Of a stretch of 64,000 nucleotides of DNA, positions 51,001-60,244 are shown piece after piece. This DNA is from an uncultured Verrucomicrobiae bacterium (GTDB taxonomy: Bacteria > Verrucomicrobiota > Verrucomicrobiia > Limisphaerales > JAFGQR01): NCBI GenBank assembly GCA_963788655.1, contig CAWBHS010000060.1, positions 256,001 through 320,000 of the forward strand. The letters run 5' to 3'. The position numbers and the translations under genes were made by a program. The notes beneath the pieces were generated by a model. It had not been told where the DNA came from. It did no database searches and worked only from the letters and a program-made list of their open reading frames with translations. Numbering within the stretch: position 1 is the first letter of the stretch; every line of letters begins with the position of its first letter.

Positions 51001-51563
51001 CTTTGTTGTTCAAACGGCAGGGCATTCCGCTGCTGATCATAACTCAGGCGGAGCCGGGCAAAGGACTCACGGAAATGCGCCAGGATGCCCGCGAGCAATG
51101 GGGCATCGAAACGTTGGTGCTCCGCAACGACGCCTTTGCTTTCGTCGAGTTGATTCGGCGATTGCAGGAAGGAGCCGCCGTGGCCTTGCTGGTGGATCGT
51201 CCGCCGTCGCCCAGAGCGGTCGAGGTCGAACTGTTTCACCGGCCGTTTCAAGCTTCCATCGCCCCGGCCGAATTGGCCCGGGCAACCGGTTGTGCGCTCT
51301 TCGGTGGGCTGGTGGTGCGGGATGCGCAGGGAGGCTATGTGACCGGGTTGTTGCCGGAATTCCAATACGACCGCAAAAAGCTGGGCCATCACGAGGCCCG
51401 CCGCGAACTGACCCAACAAATCCTGCGTGCATTCGAGCCGTGGATTCGGCAGCATTTGGATCAATGGTTTCATTTTGTGCCGATATGGCCGCGCGCGACT
51501 GCCGTCCCGACGGAGAACAATGGCGGGCGGGATCGTTCCGCGGCGAAGTCCGCGCTCCGGTGA
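48087..51563 (+). CDS. MMPL/RND-family exporter fused to lipid A-type (LpxL/HtrB-like) acyltransferase
   Basis: Two TM bundles with GLAVDY and GTGVDY. C-terminal HLGNWE, LLVDR, LARATG and QWFHF. Confidence 0.88.
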   Translation: MMRWLTKWWWLVLAVLVVLGFSRLRFNVEVLDLLPSDLPSVQGLKLYQEHFANARELIITLRAPTAETAEALTEALAIRLQRQTNLVTEVTWQSPWMAHPDQAAELVAYLWFNQPPKVFESLTNRLAPDQRGAVLAEAREQLATSLSPMNIARRAFDPYDLLTLPTLTNFSGGYPEQGQQTFSSADGTFRILFVQARPALAGYRACADWLAKMRRTVAETQAQKLEWRETTVRYTGRPVFVAEIASSMQRDLSRSVAGVAAIIAGLFWLMHRRWLPMLWLLCLLGLILAATLGLGGLLFGTINVVSMGFAAVLLGLAVDYAVVHYQEALAHPQLSVPEVRRLISPSIIWAALTTIAAFLVLNLGGLPGLAQLGTLVAIGISLAALVMVVAFLPLLFPERRHLPPGRPPFPWRGFLFAPPPPPVVGTATPPMRYVWGALWVTGLVVLAAVLVILARGLPGVDRSGDALRPQHSEAESALKEVAAAVGVPQEPLWTIATGTNVPAVSKRLDQEAALLAQARSKGVINDYVIPAALWPQVTNQDANRPTALWLAGQEVALRDAALRAGFKTNALLLTDELLRTWRRLGNGSGVQWPTNQMSQWLLKRFVANATNQWLALGLVYPATNHTTGTALVQLAAEFKANHLALSGWPLLGTATLERVKGRLGLVVFPMVGLVLASLWLAFRNVREVLLSVSVLLLGGLCVLTLMALNGWSWNLLNLMALPLILGTGVDYGIFIQLGLRRHRGDVTVVRRSIGRALLLCGGTAIAGFGGLAWSDNLGMASLGKICASGIAANMLISIYLLPAWWCRIAGRAETPAHGASNHSELPTEPSTFYRAWLWRLGLLMTRMAPLWLLQKFCLLLAAGYYRLNGPRRRVVVANLLPVVNGDQRRAATLARRLYQQFALKLLDLWRYENGIHSAIEFGGRIENQTGNAAQPRGMIPGTVPFTTLIDTHRTGRGVLLISPHLGNWEAGALLFKRQGIPLLIITQAEPGKGLTEMRQDAREQWGIETLVLRNDAFAFVELIRRLQEGAAVALLVDRPPSPRAVEVELFHRPFQASIAPAELARATGCALFGGLVVRDAQGGYVTGLLPEFQYDRKKLGHHEARRELTQQILRAFEPWIRQHLDQWFHFVPIWPRATAVPTENNGGRDRSAAKSALR

Positions 51564-52243
51564 AAGTGGCGGCGCGGCTTGCTTGCGGGATGCTCGCTTG
51601 GCTGGTCATCGGGCTCGCTACCCTTCACGCGGCCGATACTGACGCGCTGCTGGCGCGCTGGTTTGCGGCGCAGACCAACCTCCAGACCTGGTCGGCGGAT
51701 GCGGTTCAGACGCGCACAATCCAGACCTTTTCGCAACCGCTGATCTCCACCGGCAAAGTGTGGGTGGTGTTACCCGATCGGTTCCGCTGGGAACTGGGGC
51801 AGCCGCCGGTGACGATCGCGGTGCGCCAACCGGATTGGTTGTGGCTGCTGTATCCGAAACTGAAGCGTGCCGAGAAATACCCGCTCACGGGCAATCAGGC
51901 GGGGCCCTGGCGCGATGCGTTGACATTGTTGGAAGCAAGTTTTCCCCGCAGCCGCGCGGATTTGGAATCGCACTTTTCAGTGGTATCGATGACCCAATCC
52001 AATGACGTGGTGCGGTTGTCGCTTTCGCCCAAAAGCGGTTTCGCTCGCAAATTTATCCGGCGCGTCGAAGTCAGCTTTCACGCGGGGGACTTTGTGCCGC
52101 GCTCGACCGAATTGGAGTTCAGCGACGGCTCAACCATGCGCAACGACTTCAGCCATTCGATCCTCAATGCCCCGTTGTCGAAGGAGTTATTCGAAGTCAC
52201 GTTGCCGCCGGGAACCAAGGTGGTCGAGCCGCTGAAGCAGTAA
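51560..52243 (+). CDS. LolA-like periplasmic lipid/lipoprotein carrier
   Basis: Signal peptide, QTR...STGKVW..PDRFRWE, and final strand ELFE. Confidence 0.8.
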   Translation: MKVAARLACGMLAWLVIGLATLHAADTDALLARWFAAQTNLQTWSADAVQTRTIQTFSQPLISTGKVWVVLPDRFRWELGQPPVTIAVRQPDWLWLLYPKLKRAEKYPLTGNQAGPWRDALTLLEASFPRSRADLESHFSVVSMTQSNDVVRLSLSPKSGFARKFIRRVEVSFHAGDFVPRSTELEFSDGSTMRNDFSHSILNAPLSKELFEVTLPPGTKVVEPLKQ

Positions 52244-52245
52244 GT

Positions 52246-52686
52246 ATGAGCGACCCGTTGGATGACGCGCTGAAGTTTTTGCCTCACGGGCCGGAGTTTC
52301 GTTTTTTGGATCGGCTGTTGAGTCTGGTCCCAGGTCAGGAGGGCGTTGGCGAATATCGGGTGCGCGGTGATGAACCGTTCTTGCGTGGGCATTATCCCGG
52401 TGATCCGATCTTCCCAGGCGTCCTGCTGGTGGAGGGCGCCGCGCAACTAGCCGGCGTGGTCCTGCAAAGCGACCCGGCCGGACCGCCGTTTCCCAATCTC
52501 AAACTGACCGCGTTGCAGGGAGTCAAGATCCTCGGCACGGCTCGTCCGGGAGAAGTGCTGCGCTTCGAAGCCCGATTAACCGGCCGGTTGGGTCAACTCA
52601 CTCAGGCGCGCGTGCAAGGATTTGTGGGCGACCAACTCGTGCTCGAAGCGGGGTTAACCTTAAGTGGGACGAGCCCGGGAGCGTGA
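52246..52686 (+). CDS. 3-hydroxyacyl-ACP dehydratase (FabZ/FabA-like)
   Basis: LPHGPEFRFLD and GHYPGDPIFPGVLLVEGAAQ. Confidence 0.9.
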   Translation: MSDPLDDALKFLPHGPEFRFLDRLLSLVPGQEGVGEYRVRGDEPFLRGHYPGDPIFPGVLLVEGAAQLAGVVLQSDPAGPPFPNLKLTALQGVKILGTARPGEVLRFEARLTGRLGQLTQARVQGFVGDQLVLEAGLTLSGTSPGA

Positions 52687-52749
52687 GCGGTGGCACCAAA
52701 CCCCGAGATTTCACTAACACTACAGCGACACTTTCCACAAATCGCGGAT

Positions 52750-52838
52750 GGAGCGCGGCGTTTACGCCGCTTCACCGTCCTATTCAATAAGCCGCTGGCA
52801 GGTTCTTGGTGCTTGAAGCGGCCTAAAGGCCGCGCTCC
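52750..52838. repeat. GGAG-type REP inverted pair
   Basis: ggagcgcggcgtttacgccgcttca...tgaagcggcctaaaggccgcgctcc. Confidence 0.75.
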
Positions 52839-52884
52839 GTTCTTCGGAAGTGTCGCTGTAGTGCTAACACAACAATGACAAATT

Positions 52885-52954
52885 GTAGCCGCCGACGTGA
52901 GGAGGCGGAGCACGGTCAGAGTCTCTGACTCCGCCTCCATACGTCGGCGGCTAC
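52885..52954. repeat. GTAG-type REP inverted pair
   Basis: gtagccgccgacgtgaggaggcggag...ctccgcctccatacgtcggcggctac. Confidence 0.8.
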
Positions 52955-52976
52955 TTGGGGTGGCGACATATCGGGG

Positions 52977-54236
52977 TCAATTGCGCCGCGCCGCATAGCG
53001 CTCTTTCCATTCGGCACGGGAGATTTTGCCTCGTGTATTGGCGCTCAGGGAATCGACAAACCACCAGTCCCGCGGCACCTGCCAGGCGGGGAGGGCGTGC
53101 CGGAGGAATTGCTTCAACGGTTCGGTCTCCTTGGGACCGTCCGCCACCACACATGCGACGATCCGGTCGCCGCGTTCGCCCCGGGAATCGGCCGCGCCGA
53201 ACACCAGACAGTCTTTGACCGTCGGATGAGTGCGCAACACTTGCTCGATGCTTTCGGGCGCGACTTTGCGGCCGGCCACGTTGATCAGGTTTCCCACGCG
53301 CCCGTGCAAATAGACCGCGCCATTCCGAATTTCAGCCAGATCACTGGTTTTAAAAAGACCGTTCCCCAGCGTTGCATCGGGCAGGGGCCAATAGGTTTCA
53401 CCAACCGCCGGGCTGCGTACTTGCAGACAACCATCATCATTCAATGACAAGTCCACATCCGATAGCGCCTCGCCGACCAGGCCTTCTTCCTGGCGCGGCG
53501 CGGAGGAAACGTCGTAAGCAATCCCGCCACACTCGGAGGAGCCGTAGAAATTGTGGATCTTCAACCCACACGCGGCGTACACCTCCTGTTCCAATTCGAT
53601 GGTGAGCAGTGCTCCCGCGGAGATGGCCAACGCTACATTGCCAGGAATGGCTCCGGCCTCGTTCCATGCCCGCCATAGCGCGGGCACGCCCGCCAGAGTG
53701 ATCGACGTTTGTCCCGCGGCGGCCCCACGAACGATCTCGGGCAAGGCCGACGGAGCAAGGACCAAGGGTATGCCGTGCAGCAAGAGTGGCAAAACCAGGT
53801 TCGAGAATCCGTACGAATGGGCCATCGAAATCACGCCGAGATTGGGCCACGCCGGGCGCAGGCCCATGGCCTGAACGATTTGGCGCGCATCGGCCGCCAT
53901 TTGCGCTTCCGTGAGCGCCACCAGTTTGGCGCTACCCGAAGTGGCGGAGGTCAATTTCAAATGGCGGCAACCTGGCGGCGGCGGCGGGATTGTGGGTGGC
54001 GCTTGATCCGGCTCCAAGGGACACACCACCGTCCCGGCGCGCCAGGCTCGCAGGACGGTCAGAATGAACTCCGCGCCGGGGCCTTGCGGATGGGCGATTG
54101 CCTGGCGGCAAGGCCCGGCTCGCTCCACCGCGTCGGCCAGTTCTCGAAATCGCCAGCGGCGATTGGCCGCCAGATCCCAAAGCGCCAATTCGCCGCCATG
54201 TTGGCGAACAATTTCGCGCCAAAGGTCGTAAAGCAT
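52977..54236 (-). CDS. AMP-binding acyl-CoA/acyl-ACP ligase
   Basis: LTSATSGSAK, HSYG, FYGSSECGG, TSDL, GR...INVAGRKV.P and GKISR. Confidence 0.9.
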   Translation of the reverse strand: MLYDLWREIVRQHGGELALWDLAANRRWRFRELADAVERAGPCRQAIAHPQGPGAEFILTVLRAWRAGTVVCPLEPDQAPPTIPPPPPGCRHLKLTSATSGSAKLVALTEAQMAADARQIVQAMGLRPAWPNLGVISMAHSYGFSNLVLPLLLHGIPLVLAPSALPEIVRGAAAGQTSITLAGVPALWRAWNEAGAIPGNVALAISAGALLTIELEQEVYAACGLKIHNFYGSSECGGIAYDVSSAPRQEEGLVGEALSDVDLSLNDDGCLQVRSPAVGETYWPLPDATLGNGLFKTSDLAEIRNGAVYLHGRVGNLINVAGRKVAPESIEQVLRTHPTVKDCLVFGAADSRGERGDRIVACVVADGPKETEPLKQFLRHALPAWQVPRDWWFVDSLSANTRGKISRAEWKERYAARRN

Positions 54237-54275
54237 TGGCACCTTCCTAATCGATTGTTAGATTCGACGGCAAGC

Positions 54276-55010
54276 ATGATTTCGCCTGTTGAACAGCAGG
54301 GTCGCCGGTTCACTTTCGAACAAGACACCTTTGCTTTCGCCAATGAACTAATCTGGGAATACCAGTTCGACTCGATTACGGGCGCCTCCAGCATCCGGCG
54401 AAATTCGCCGCCACCAACGTATGCTCATCGCTGCTTTGTGCTGGTGCGCTCGGCCCGCCAGTTTTTGTATCACGCCCGTTTCGAGCCGCACCTGCCCGTG
54501 GCCGATGCCGCCACCTATGCGCGGTTAATTCGTCATGTCGTCCGGCGCAGCCCGCGGGTGCCCAGCGCCGAAGATCGCAAAATCGTCATTCCTGGATACG
54601 GCTGTCTTCGCGCGTTCAGCCAGGACCACGAAACGACCCTCAAACGCGGCTGCGGTGGCGCCTGGCAATCATACGTGCTGCGCAGCCATTGGCGGATGGT
54701 CTTTCCCATCTCACGCGCGCACCAAGCTCGGACGGCGCAGCAACTCGTCACGGCGTTTGCCACCAAGCCCGATCCAATTGTGCATTTGGTGCGTTTTCCG
54801 CAATTGACCATCAATCATGGCATCACGCTCTTTGACCTGGCCGATTCCGGGGAACAGATTCGTTTTGCTGCTTACGATCCCAACCAGCCAGCCCAACCTA
54901 CGGAACTGGTTTACGAGCGTGCGAAGCGAACTTTCTTCTTTCCGGCAAACCATTATTGGGCCGGCGGACGTGTGGATGTGATCGAGGTGTATCGCGGTTG
55001 GATTTATTGA
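54276..55010 (+). CDS. Hypothetical protein with Cys-His-Asp (papain/transglutaminase-like) motif order
   Basis: FAFANE, HRCFVL, INHGIT and AYDPN. Confidence 0.55.
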   Translation: MISPVEQQGRRFTFEQDTFAFANELIWEYQFDSITGASSIRRNSPPPTYAHRCFVLVRSARQFLYHARFEPHLPVADAATYARLIRHVVRRSPRVPSAEDRKIVIPGYGCLRAFSQDHETTLKRGCGGAWQSYVLRSHWRMVFPISRAHQARTAQQLVTAFATKPDPIVHLVRFPQLTINHGITLFDLADSGEQIRFAAYDPNQPAQPTELVYERAKRTFFFPANHYWAGGRVDVIEVYRGWIY

Positions 55011-55077
55011 ACTGCACCGCTGGTATTGCTCCCCCCGGGGAGCGCGGATGCCTTCCTCCGCGCAACGAGCGGCTGGT

Positions 55078-55449
55078 TCAAGGAGTTGAAGCAGCCTTCG
55101 GCTTGCGGAAAGCCAGCCCGAAAAAGATCAAGCCGCACAAGTTGATGCCAGTAATGTAACCCAGCTTGTAAGTGCGACCGGTGTTGTTGCCGGCGAAGAT
55201 CGGGACGTTCTTTCCAATCAGCAGACTGGGCAGCGCGGCCGGCATGAGCCCTCCGTGGACGGTTCCCAGCCAGAAGCCGGCGGTACGCTCGGGTTGGTAC
55301 AGTCGAACGGCCGCCCATTGATAGCCCCAGCCCAGCAACAGGCCCGCAACGACCAGCGAAAGAACTTTACGCAATATGAAAGTGGCCAGACGGCGATACC
55401 GCGCACTGGTTTCAGACTTGGTCTGGTAACTGGTAAGCTCTGGATTCAT
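55078..55449 (-). CDS. Small membrane protein
   Basis: Two to three hydrophobic segments and GFWLGTVHG; the start overlaps the GT2 stop. Confidence 0.6.
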   Translation of the reverse strand: MNPELTSYQTKSETSARYRRLATFILRKVLSLVVAGLLLGWGYQWAAVRLYQPERTAGFWLGTVHGGLMPAALPSLLIGKNVPIFAGNNTGRTYKLGYITGINLCGLIFFGLAFRKPKAASTP

Positions 55450-56171
55450 TGGCGGGAAGGAAACGCATTTGACAGTCCATTGGCCGAGGGCAAAGCCGTA
55501 GCGCGTGGCAGGGAAGACCACCAACTGAGCCAGCGCCAGGCATCCCGCAATGGACGAATCCGGCTGCGCGGTCCCCGGCCCACGACTTGAATAGGTACGA
55601 ACTCCACCCGGGCGCCGACTTGGATGAAGGCCGCCAGCATTTCGGATTCGACCTCGAAGCGCCGGCAGCGGATTGCCAAGCCGCGCCACACCGCGAGGTT
55701 GAGGAGGCGGAAGCCGCACTGGGTGTCCGGCAAGTCGCGGCCCAGCCGGGAAGACAAGGCGCGGCTCATGGCCATGTTGACCTGGCGGCGCAGCCAAGGG
55801 ATGGCTTGCCGGTCGGGCATGCGGTTGCCCACAACCAAGAGCGCGCCCGTGCGTCGGGCGCAGTCCACCAGTTTCGGAATATCGTCGGGTTTGTGTTGAC
55901 CATCCCCATCGAGCAGCACAACCCATTCGGCCCCGGCGTGCAACGCCGCAGTCAACCCGGTGTTCACCGCGGCGCCTTTGCCCTGGTTAAGCTCGTGGCG
56001 CACCACGTCGGCACCCGCTCGGCGGGCCCGGGCGGCTGTGGCATCGGTCGAACCGTCGTCCACGACGATGATCCGCGCCACCAAAGGGCGCACCCCGGCC
56101 ACCACCTTCCTGATGGTGGCCGCTTCGTTAAAGCACGGAACCACCGCCGCGCCGTTTTGGGGCCATTGCAC
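55446..56171 (-). CDS. GT2 glycosyltransferase (polyprenol-phosphate mannosyltransferase-like)
   Basis: VPCFNE, VVDDGSTD, NQGKGAA, LDGDGQH and DTQCGFR. Confidence 0.9.
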   Translation of the reverse strand: MQWPQNGAAVVPCFNEAATIRKVVAGVRPLVARIIVVDDGSTDATAARARRAGADVVRHELNQGKGAAVNTGLTAALHAGAEWVVLLDGDGQHKPDDIPKLVDCARRTGALLVVGNRMPDRQAIPWLRRQVNMAMSRALSSRLGRDLPDTQCGFRLLNLAVWRGLAIRCRRFEVESEMLAAFIQVGARVEFVPIQVVGRGPRSRIRPLRDAWRWLSWWSSLPRATALPSANGLSNAFPSRQ

Positions 56172-56461
56172 GGGAGCATTATAAAGGATGTGCTGCCCTT
56201 GCTAAAGCGAATCTACTAGTTTTGCGTTGCGCCCCCCGGGAGGGTCGGGCTACAGTGTGGCGCATAAATGTGGTCCTTTGCGATACCCACCGATTTGCAA
56301 CCAGCGCGAATCGCGGAGAAACTGTTCCCGCGCGGGCAGGTCATGCTAATTGTGGCCCAACGGCGAGTGGGGCCGTCGGATTGGCAGTGGATTATCCTTG
56401 AGCCGCTGAGCCCGTCAACCTCCGCCGGTGGCGAACGCTGTCACCCAAGCAGCAAGAACTG

Positions 56462-57874
56462 ATGGCCAGCCGGATTCTCCTCATCAACGCCAACCGGTGT
56501 GTATTTCCGGAGCGAGTCTTTCCTTTGGGACTGACCTATTTGCAGGCAGCGTTGCGCCCGGCCGGCCATGAATGCCGCTGGCTCGACCTGCTGGACCAAG
56601 GCGATCAAATGGACGCGGTGTTTGAAAGTTTCCGGCCCGAGTATGTGGGCATTTCCGTGCGCAACATCGACGATGTCATCATCCGTAAGCAGGAAACCTT
56701 TTTTGACGATTTGCCGGCGCTTGGGGCGGCTATTCGCCGCCGGGCTGGGTGCCCCGTGATTGTCGGGGGCAGCGGCTTCAGTATTTTCCCCAAGGAATTG
56801 CTCGAATTATCCGAAGCCGATTTTGGCATTGTCGGTGAAGGGGAATCGAGCTTTCCCGAACTGCTGCGTTGCTTGGAAGCCGGCAGCAGTTACGAGGACG
56901 TTCCCGGACTGGTTTTTCGCAAGGATGGCCATCTGGTTCTCAATCCACCGGCCGCCCGTCCCTTAAGAAGCGACATGATTACGGGAGATCGTCCCGCGGC
57001 AGTGGCGACGCGCTACCTGGCCAGCAGCGGGGTGCTCAATGTGCAAACCCAGCGCGGCTGCGCGTATCGCTGCTGTTACTGCACGTACCCGGTTGTCGAA
57101 GGCCGGAGCCACCGACGCCAGCCGGCCGAACTGGTGGCCGAGGAATTGGCTCAGCTCGAGCGGTTGGACGCCAAATATGCGTTCATCGTGGACTCGGTTT
57201 TCAACTCCTCCAACCACCACGTCGCGGAAATCTGTGAAGCGATTCTGCGCCGCGGCGTAAAAATCTCCTGGAGTTGTTTCCTCCGGCCCCAGGGCCTGAC
57301 CGCCGATCTGATGCGACTGATGGTCCGGGCGGGCTTGGCGCACGTTGAATTTGGCTCCGACAGCTTCTGCGACGAGGTGCTCGAGGCCTATCAAAAGGGA
57401 TTCACCTTCGACGACATCCGGCAGTCCACCGAACTGGCGCAACAGACGAACGTGGGCTGCTGCCACTATTTCATCGCGGGCGGTCCGGGCGAAACCGCCG
57501 CCACCTTGCGCCAAAGTTTCGCCCATGCCGAACACCTGAAGCCCGCCACCATCCTGGCCGTGGTGGGCATGCGTATTTATCCTGGAACCGCTCTTCATGA
57601 TCGCGCCGTTGCGGAACGGCAACTCCAATCCGAAGACAATCTACTGGTTCCTCGTTACTACCTGGCGCCCGGTTTGAAGCAGGAAACGGTGTTCGAGCAG
57701 TTGCGCAAGGTTGCCGGTCGCTCGCCCAACTGGGTCGTCGGCGATCCGGTGCCGGCTTACATTCAACTGGTCGAGCGTTTGCGGCGGCGGGGAGTGGTCG
57801 GCCCGCTGTGGAGTTATTTCTCCGCAATGCAACGGCTCTGGCCTCAGGCAACCGGAGGCGGCGGCCAGCCATGA
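56462..57874 (+). CDS. Lipid-biosynthesis-type B12-binding radical SAM protein
   Basis: VFPLG, GISVRNID, GEGE, QTQRGCAYRCCYCTYP and EFGSDS, directly upstream of the ketosynthases. Confidence 0.88.
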   Translation: MASRILLINANRCVFPERVFPLGLTYLQAALRPAGHECRWLDLLDQGDQMDAVFESFRPEYVGISVRNIDDVIIRKQETFFDDLPALGAAIRRRAGCPVIVGGSGFSIFPKELLELSEADFGIVGEGESSFPELLRCLEAGSSYEDVPGLVFRKDGHLVLNPPAARPLRSDMITGDRPAAVATRYLASSGVLNVQTQRGCAYRCCYCTYPVVEGRSHRRQPAELVAEELAQLERLDAKYAFIVDSVFNSSNHHVAEICEAILRRGVKISWSCFLRPQGLTADLMRLMVRAGLAHVEFGSDSFCDEVLEAYQKGFTFDDIRQSTELAQQTNVGCCHYFIAGGPGETAATLRQSFAHAEHLKPATILAVVGMRIYPGTALHDRAVAERQLQSEDNLLVPRYYLAPGLKQETVFEQLRKVAGRSPNWVVGDPVPAYIQLVERLRRRGVVGPLWSYFSAMQRLWPQATGGGGQP

Positions 57875-57938
57875 AGCCACGATGGTTCCTTTCCGTTGAA
57901 CATTGGCTTTCGCCCGCGCGTCCGTAAGCTTAACCCGC

Positions 57939-59177
57939 ATGTTGTTTCCGAACCATAGAAGTGCCGAACCACCCCGAGCGGTGGTGACCGGTGCCGGCAT
58001 TGTCACTGCCTTGGGCGTTGGCTGGAAAACCAACGCCGAAGGATTTCGTCTCGGTCGCACCCCGGCGCGACCCGTGACGTTGTTTGATGTCAGCCGGCAG
58101 CGCGTCAAGGTGGCCGCCGAGGTGGATCTGCCCGAGACGTTGCCGTTGGGGCGGTTGACGCCGCGACAATCGGCACGGCTGGACCGCGGGGCGAAGTTAT
58201 TGTTACTCGCCGCCCATGAAGCGTGGCACCAGGCTGGTTGGGAGCCGATGGAGAATCTGCCGTTTGTGCTGGGCACGACCGCCGGCGGCATGAGTCTGGG
58301 CGAGGACTATTATCGGCAAGCGGTCGAGACCCCCAGCCGCTTTGTGGGACAACCCACCCGCGCCCTGTATTATCAGGGGCAAACCCAGGCCCGAACGGTC
58401 AGTGACGCCTTGGGTTTCAGCGGGCCGATGCGGATTTTATCCAATGCCTGCGCTTCGGGCTGCGACGCGGTGGGACACGCCTGGCAGATGATTCGCCACG
58501 GACATGCCGAACGCATTCTGGTCGGAGGCCACGATCCGCACAGTCAAATGCTCTTTGCGGGCTTCGATTCGTTGCAAGTGCTTTCCCCCACCGTGTGCCG
58601 TCCGTTTGACCTCAATCGCAATGGCTTGCTCATGGGCGAAGGCGCGGGCGTGCTGGCGTTGGAGTCGCTGGCTCATGCCCAGCGGCGCGGGGCGGAAATC
58701 CTGGGTGAAATCATCGGTTATGGTTCAACGTTGGATCGGCATCATTTGACGCAACCCCATCCGCAGGGCGACGCGGCGTTGACCGCCATGAACCTGGCTT
58801 GTCAAACGGCCCGCATCAGTCCCGAAGAGGTGGACTACGTCAATGCGCACGGCACCGGCACGCCGTTGAACGACGCGGCCGAAGCTCTGGCCATCGGCCG
58901 CTGGGCTGGGGCACGGGTGACGACGTTGCCGGTGAGTTCCACCAAAGCCAGCATCGGCCACTTGCTGGGAGCGGCCGGCGCCGCGGAGGCAGTCGTTTGC
59001 CTGATGGCGCTGCGCGAGCAGTGGCTGCCACCGGAGCTTGCGTTTGAGAAGCCCGATCCGGCCTGTGCCTTTCCGGTGGTGCGCCAACCGCAGGAGGCGA
59101 CCCTAAACGTGGTGCTCTCGAACTCGTTTGGCTTCGGCGGCATCAACGCCACCCTGGCGATGAGGAGGTGGTCATGA
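57939..59177 (+). CDS. Beta-ketoacyl-ACP synthase (FabF-like)
   Basis: SNACASG, CRPFD, GEGAG, NAHGTGT, STK..GHLLGA and SNSFGFGG. Confidence 0.93.
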   Translation: MLFPNHRSAEPPRAVVTGAGIVTALGVGWKTNAEGFRLGRTPARPVTLFDVSRQRVKVAAEVDLPETLPLGRLTPRQSARLDRGAKLLLLAAHEAWHQAGWEPMENLPFVLGTTAGGMSLGEDYYRQAVETPSRFVGQPTRALYYQGQTQARTVSDALGFSGPMRILSNACASGCDAVGHAWQMIRHGHAERILVGGHDPHSQMLFAGFDSLQVLSPTVCRPFDLNRNGLLMGEGAGVLALESLAHAQRRGAEILGEIIGYGSTLDRHHLTQPHPQGDAALTAMNLACQTARISPEEVDYVNAHGTGTPLNDAAEALAIGRWAGARVTTLPVSSTKASIGHLLGAAGAAEAVVCLMALREQWLPPELAFEKPDPACAFPVVRQPQEATLNVVLSNSFGFGGINATLAMRRWS

Positions 59178-60244
59178 GCCGAGTGTTTGTGTGCGGTTTG
59201 GGCGCGGTATCGCCGGCCGGTTGGAGCGTGGCGGACATGCGCCTGGCATTGCGACGTGGAGCGCCATTGCCGGTCAGACCGCTGAGCCGGCCCGGCTGGA
59301 GCAAACCGCTGCCTTCACGGCCCGTGCCGCCACCGGCCGCCCGCCCGGCGTTCATGAGCCACCCGCGCTTGCGACGCGCCAGTCCCATTACCCACTACGC
59401 TGCCGCGGCCACGCTCGAAGCTGTGGCTTCGCTTCAAAAGATCGCGGGAACCCAATGCCGCCTGGGAGTAATCCTCTGCCTCACTGCCGGATGCGTCCAA
59501 TATTCCAGCCGCCTCTGGGCGGAGATCCTGCAAGACCCATCCACTGCCAGCCCGCTGCTGTTTCCTGAAACCGTCTCCTCGGCCCCCATCAGCCATGTGT
59601 GTGTTTTATTGGAAAACACCCCGTTGGTTTACACGTTAATGGGCGATCCGGCGACGTTCTTGCAGGGACTGTCGGTGGCGGTGGATTGGCTGGAAGAAAA
59701 ACAAGTTGACGCCTGCGTTGTGATCGGCGCCGAAGAACCCAACTGGGTGCTGGCTGACGCCCTGCGCCATCTGGAACATGCCGCGATCCCGGGCGCAGGC
59801 GCGGGCGCCGTGTGTATCAGTCTCAATCCGGCGTGGACGCTAGGCGCGGAATTGACGGCGATTACCAATGTCCACACGGTCACACAGCGCACCACTCGCC
59901 ATGCCGCCGCTCTGGCGATGCGACGCGAACTGCCCACCGGTAGCCCGGACGAATTGCTCTGCGACGGAACCAGTGACAGTCACCGGTTCAGTGAGCCGGA
60001 ACGCGAGGCCTGGCGCGACTGGCCGGGACCACGCTTAAGCCCGAAACAGATTTTGGGCGAAGGCTTGATGGCTGCTGCGGCCTGGCAATGCGTTGCGGGA
60101 GTCGATGCGTTGGTCCAGGACGGATATCGCAGGGTTAATGTCAGTCTGGCCGGCGGCAATCAGCAAGCCATCGGCGCGCGGTTCGAATGGGTCCCGTCGG
60201 CGGCGAGGGCGAATCAATCCAAGGTCCGCAAAGATGAAAGCTAG
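59174..60244 (+). CDS. Non-catalytic ketosynthase-like protein (chain-length-factor-like)
   Basis: GLGAVSPAG, RLRR and SPLLFPETV, but the catalytic Cys motif is replaced (MGDPATF). Confidence 0.75.
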   Translation: MSRVFVCGLGAVSPAGWSVADMRLALRRGAPLPVRPLSRPGWSKPLPSRPVPPPAARPAFMSHPRLRRASPITHYAAAATLEAVASLQKIAGTQCRLGVILCLTAGCVQYSSRLWAEILQDPSTASPLLFPETVSSAPISHVCVLLENTPLVYTLMGDPATFLQGLSVAVDWLEEKQVDACVVIGAEEPNWVLADALRHLEHAAIPGAGAGAVCISLNPAWTLGAELTAITNVHTVTQRTTRHAAALAMRRELPTGSPDELLCDGTSDSHRFSEPEREAWRDWPGPRLSPKQILGEGLMAAAAWQCVAGVDALVQDGYRRVNVSLAGGNQQAIGARFEWVPSAARANQSKVRKDES

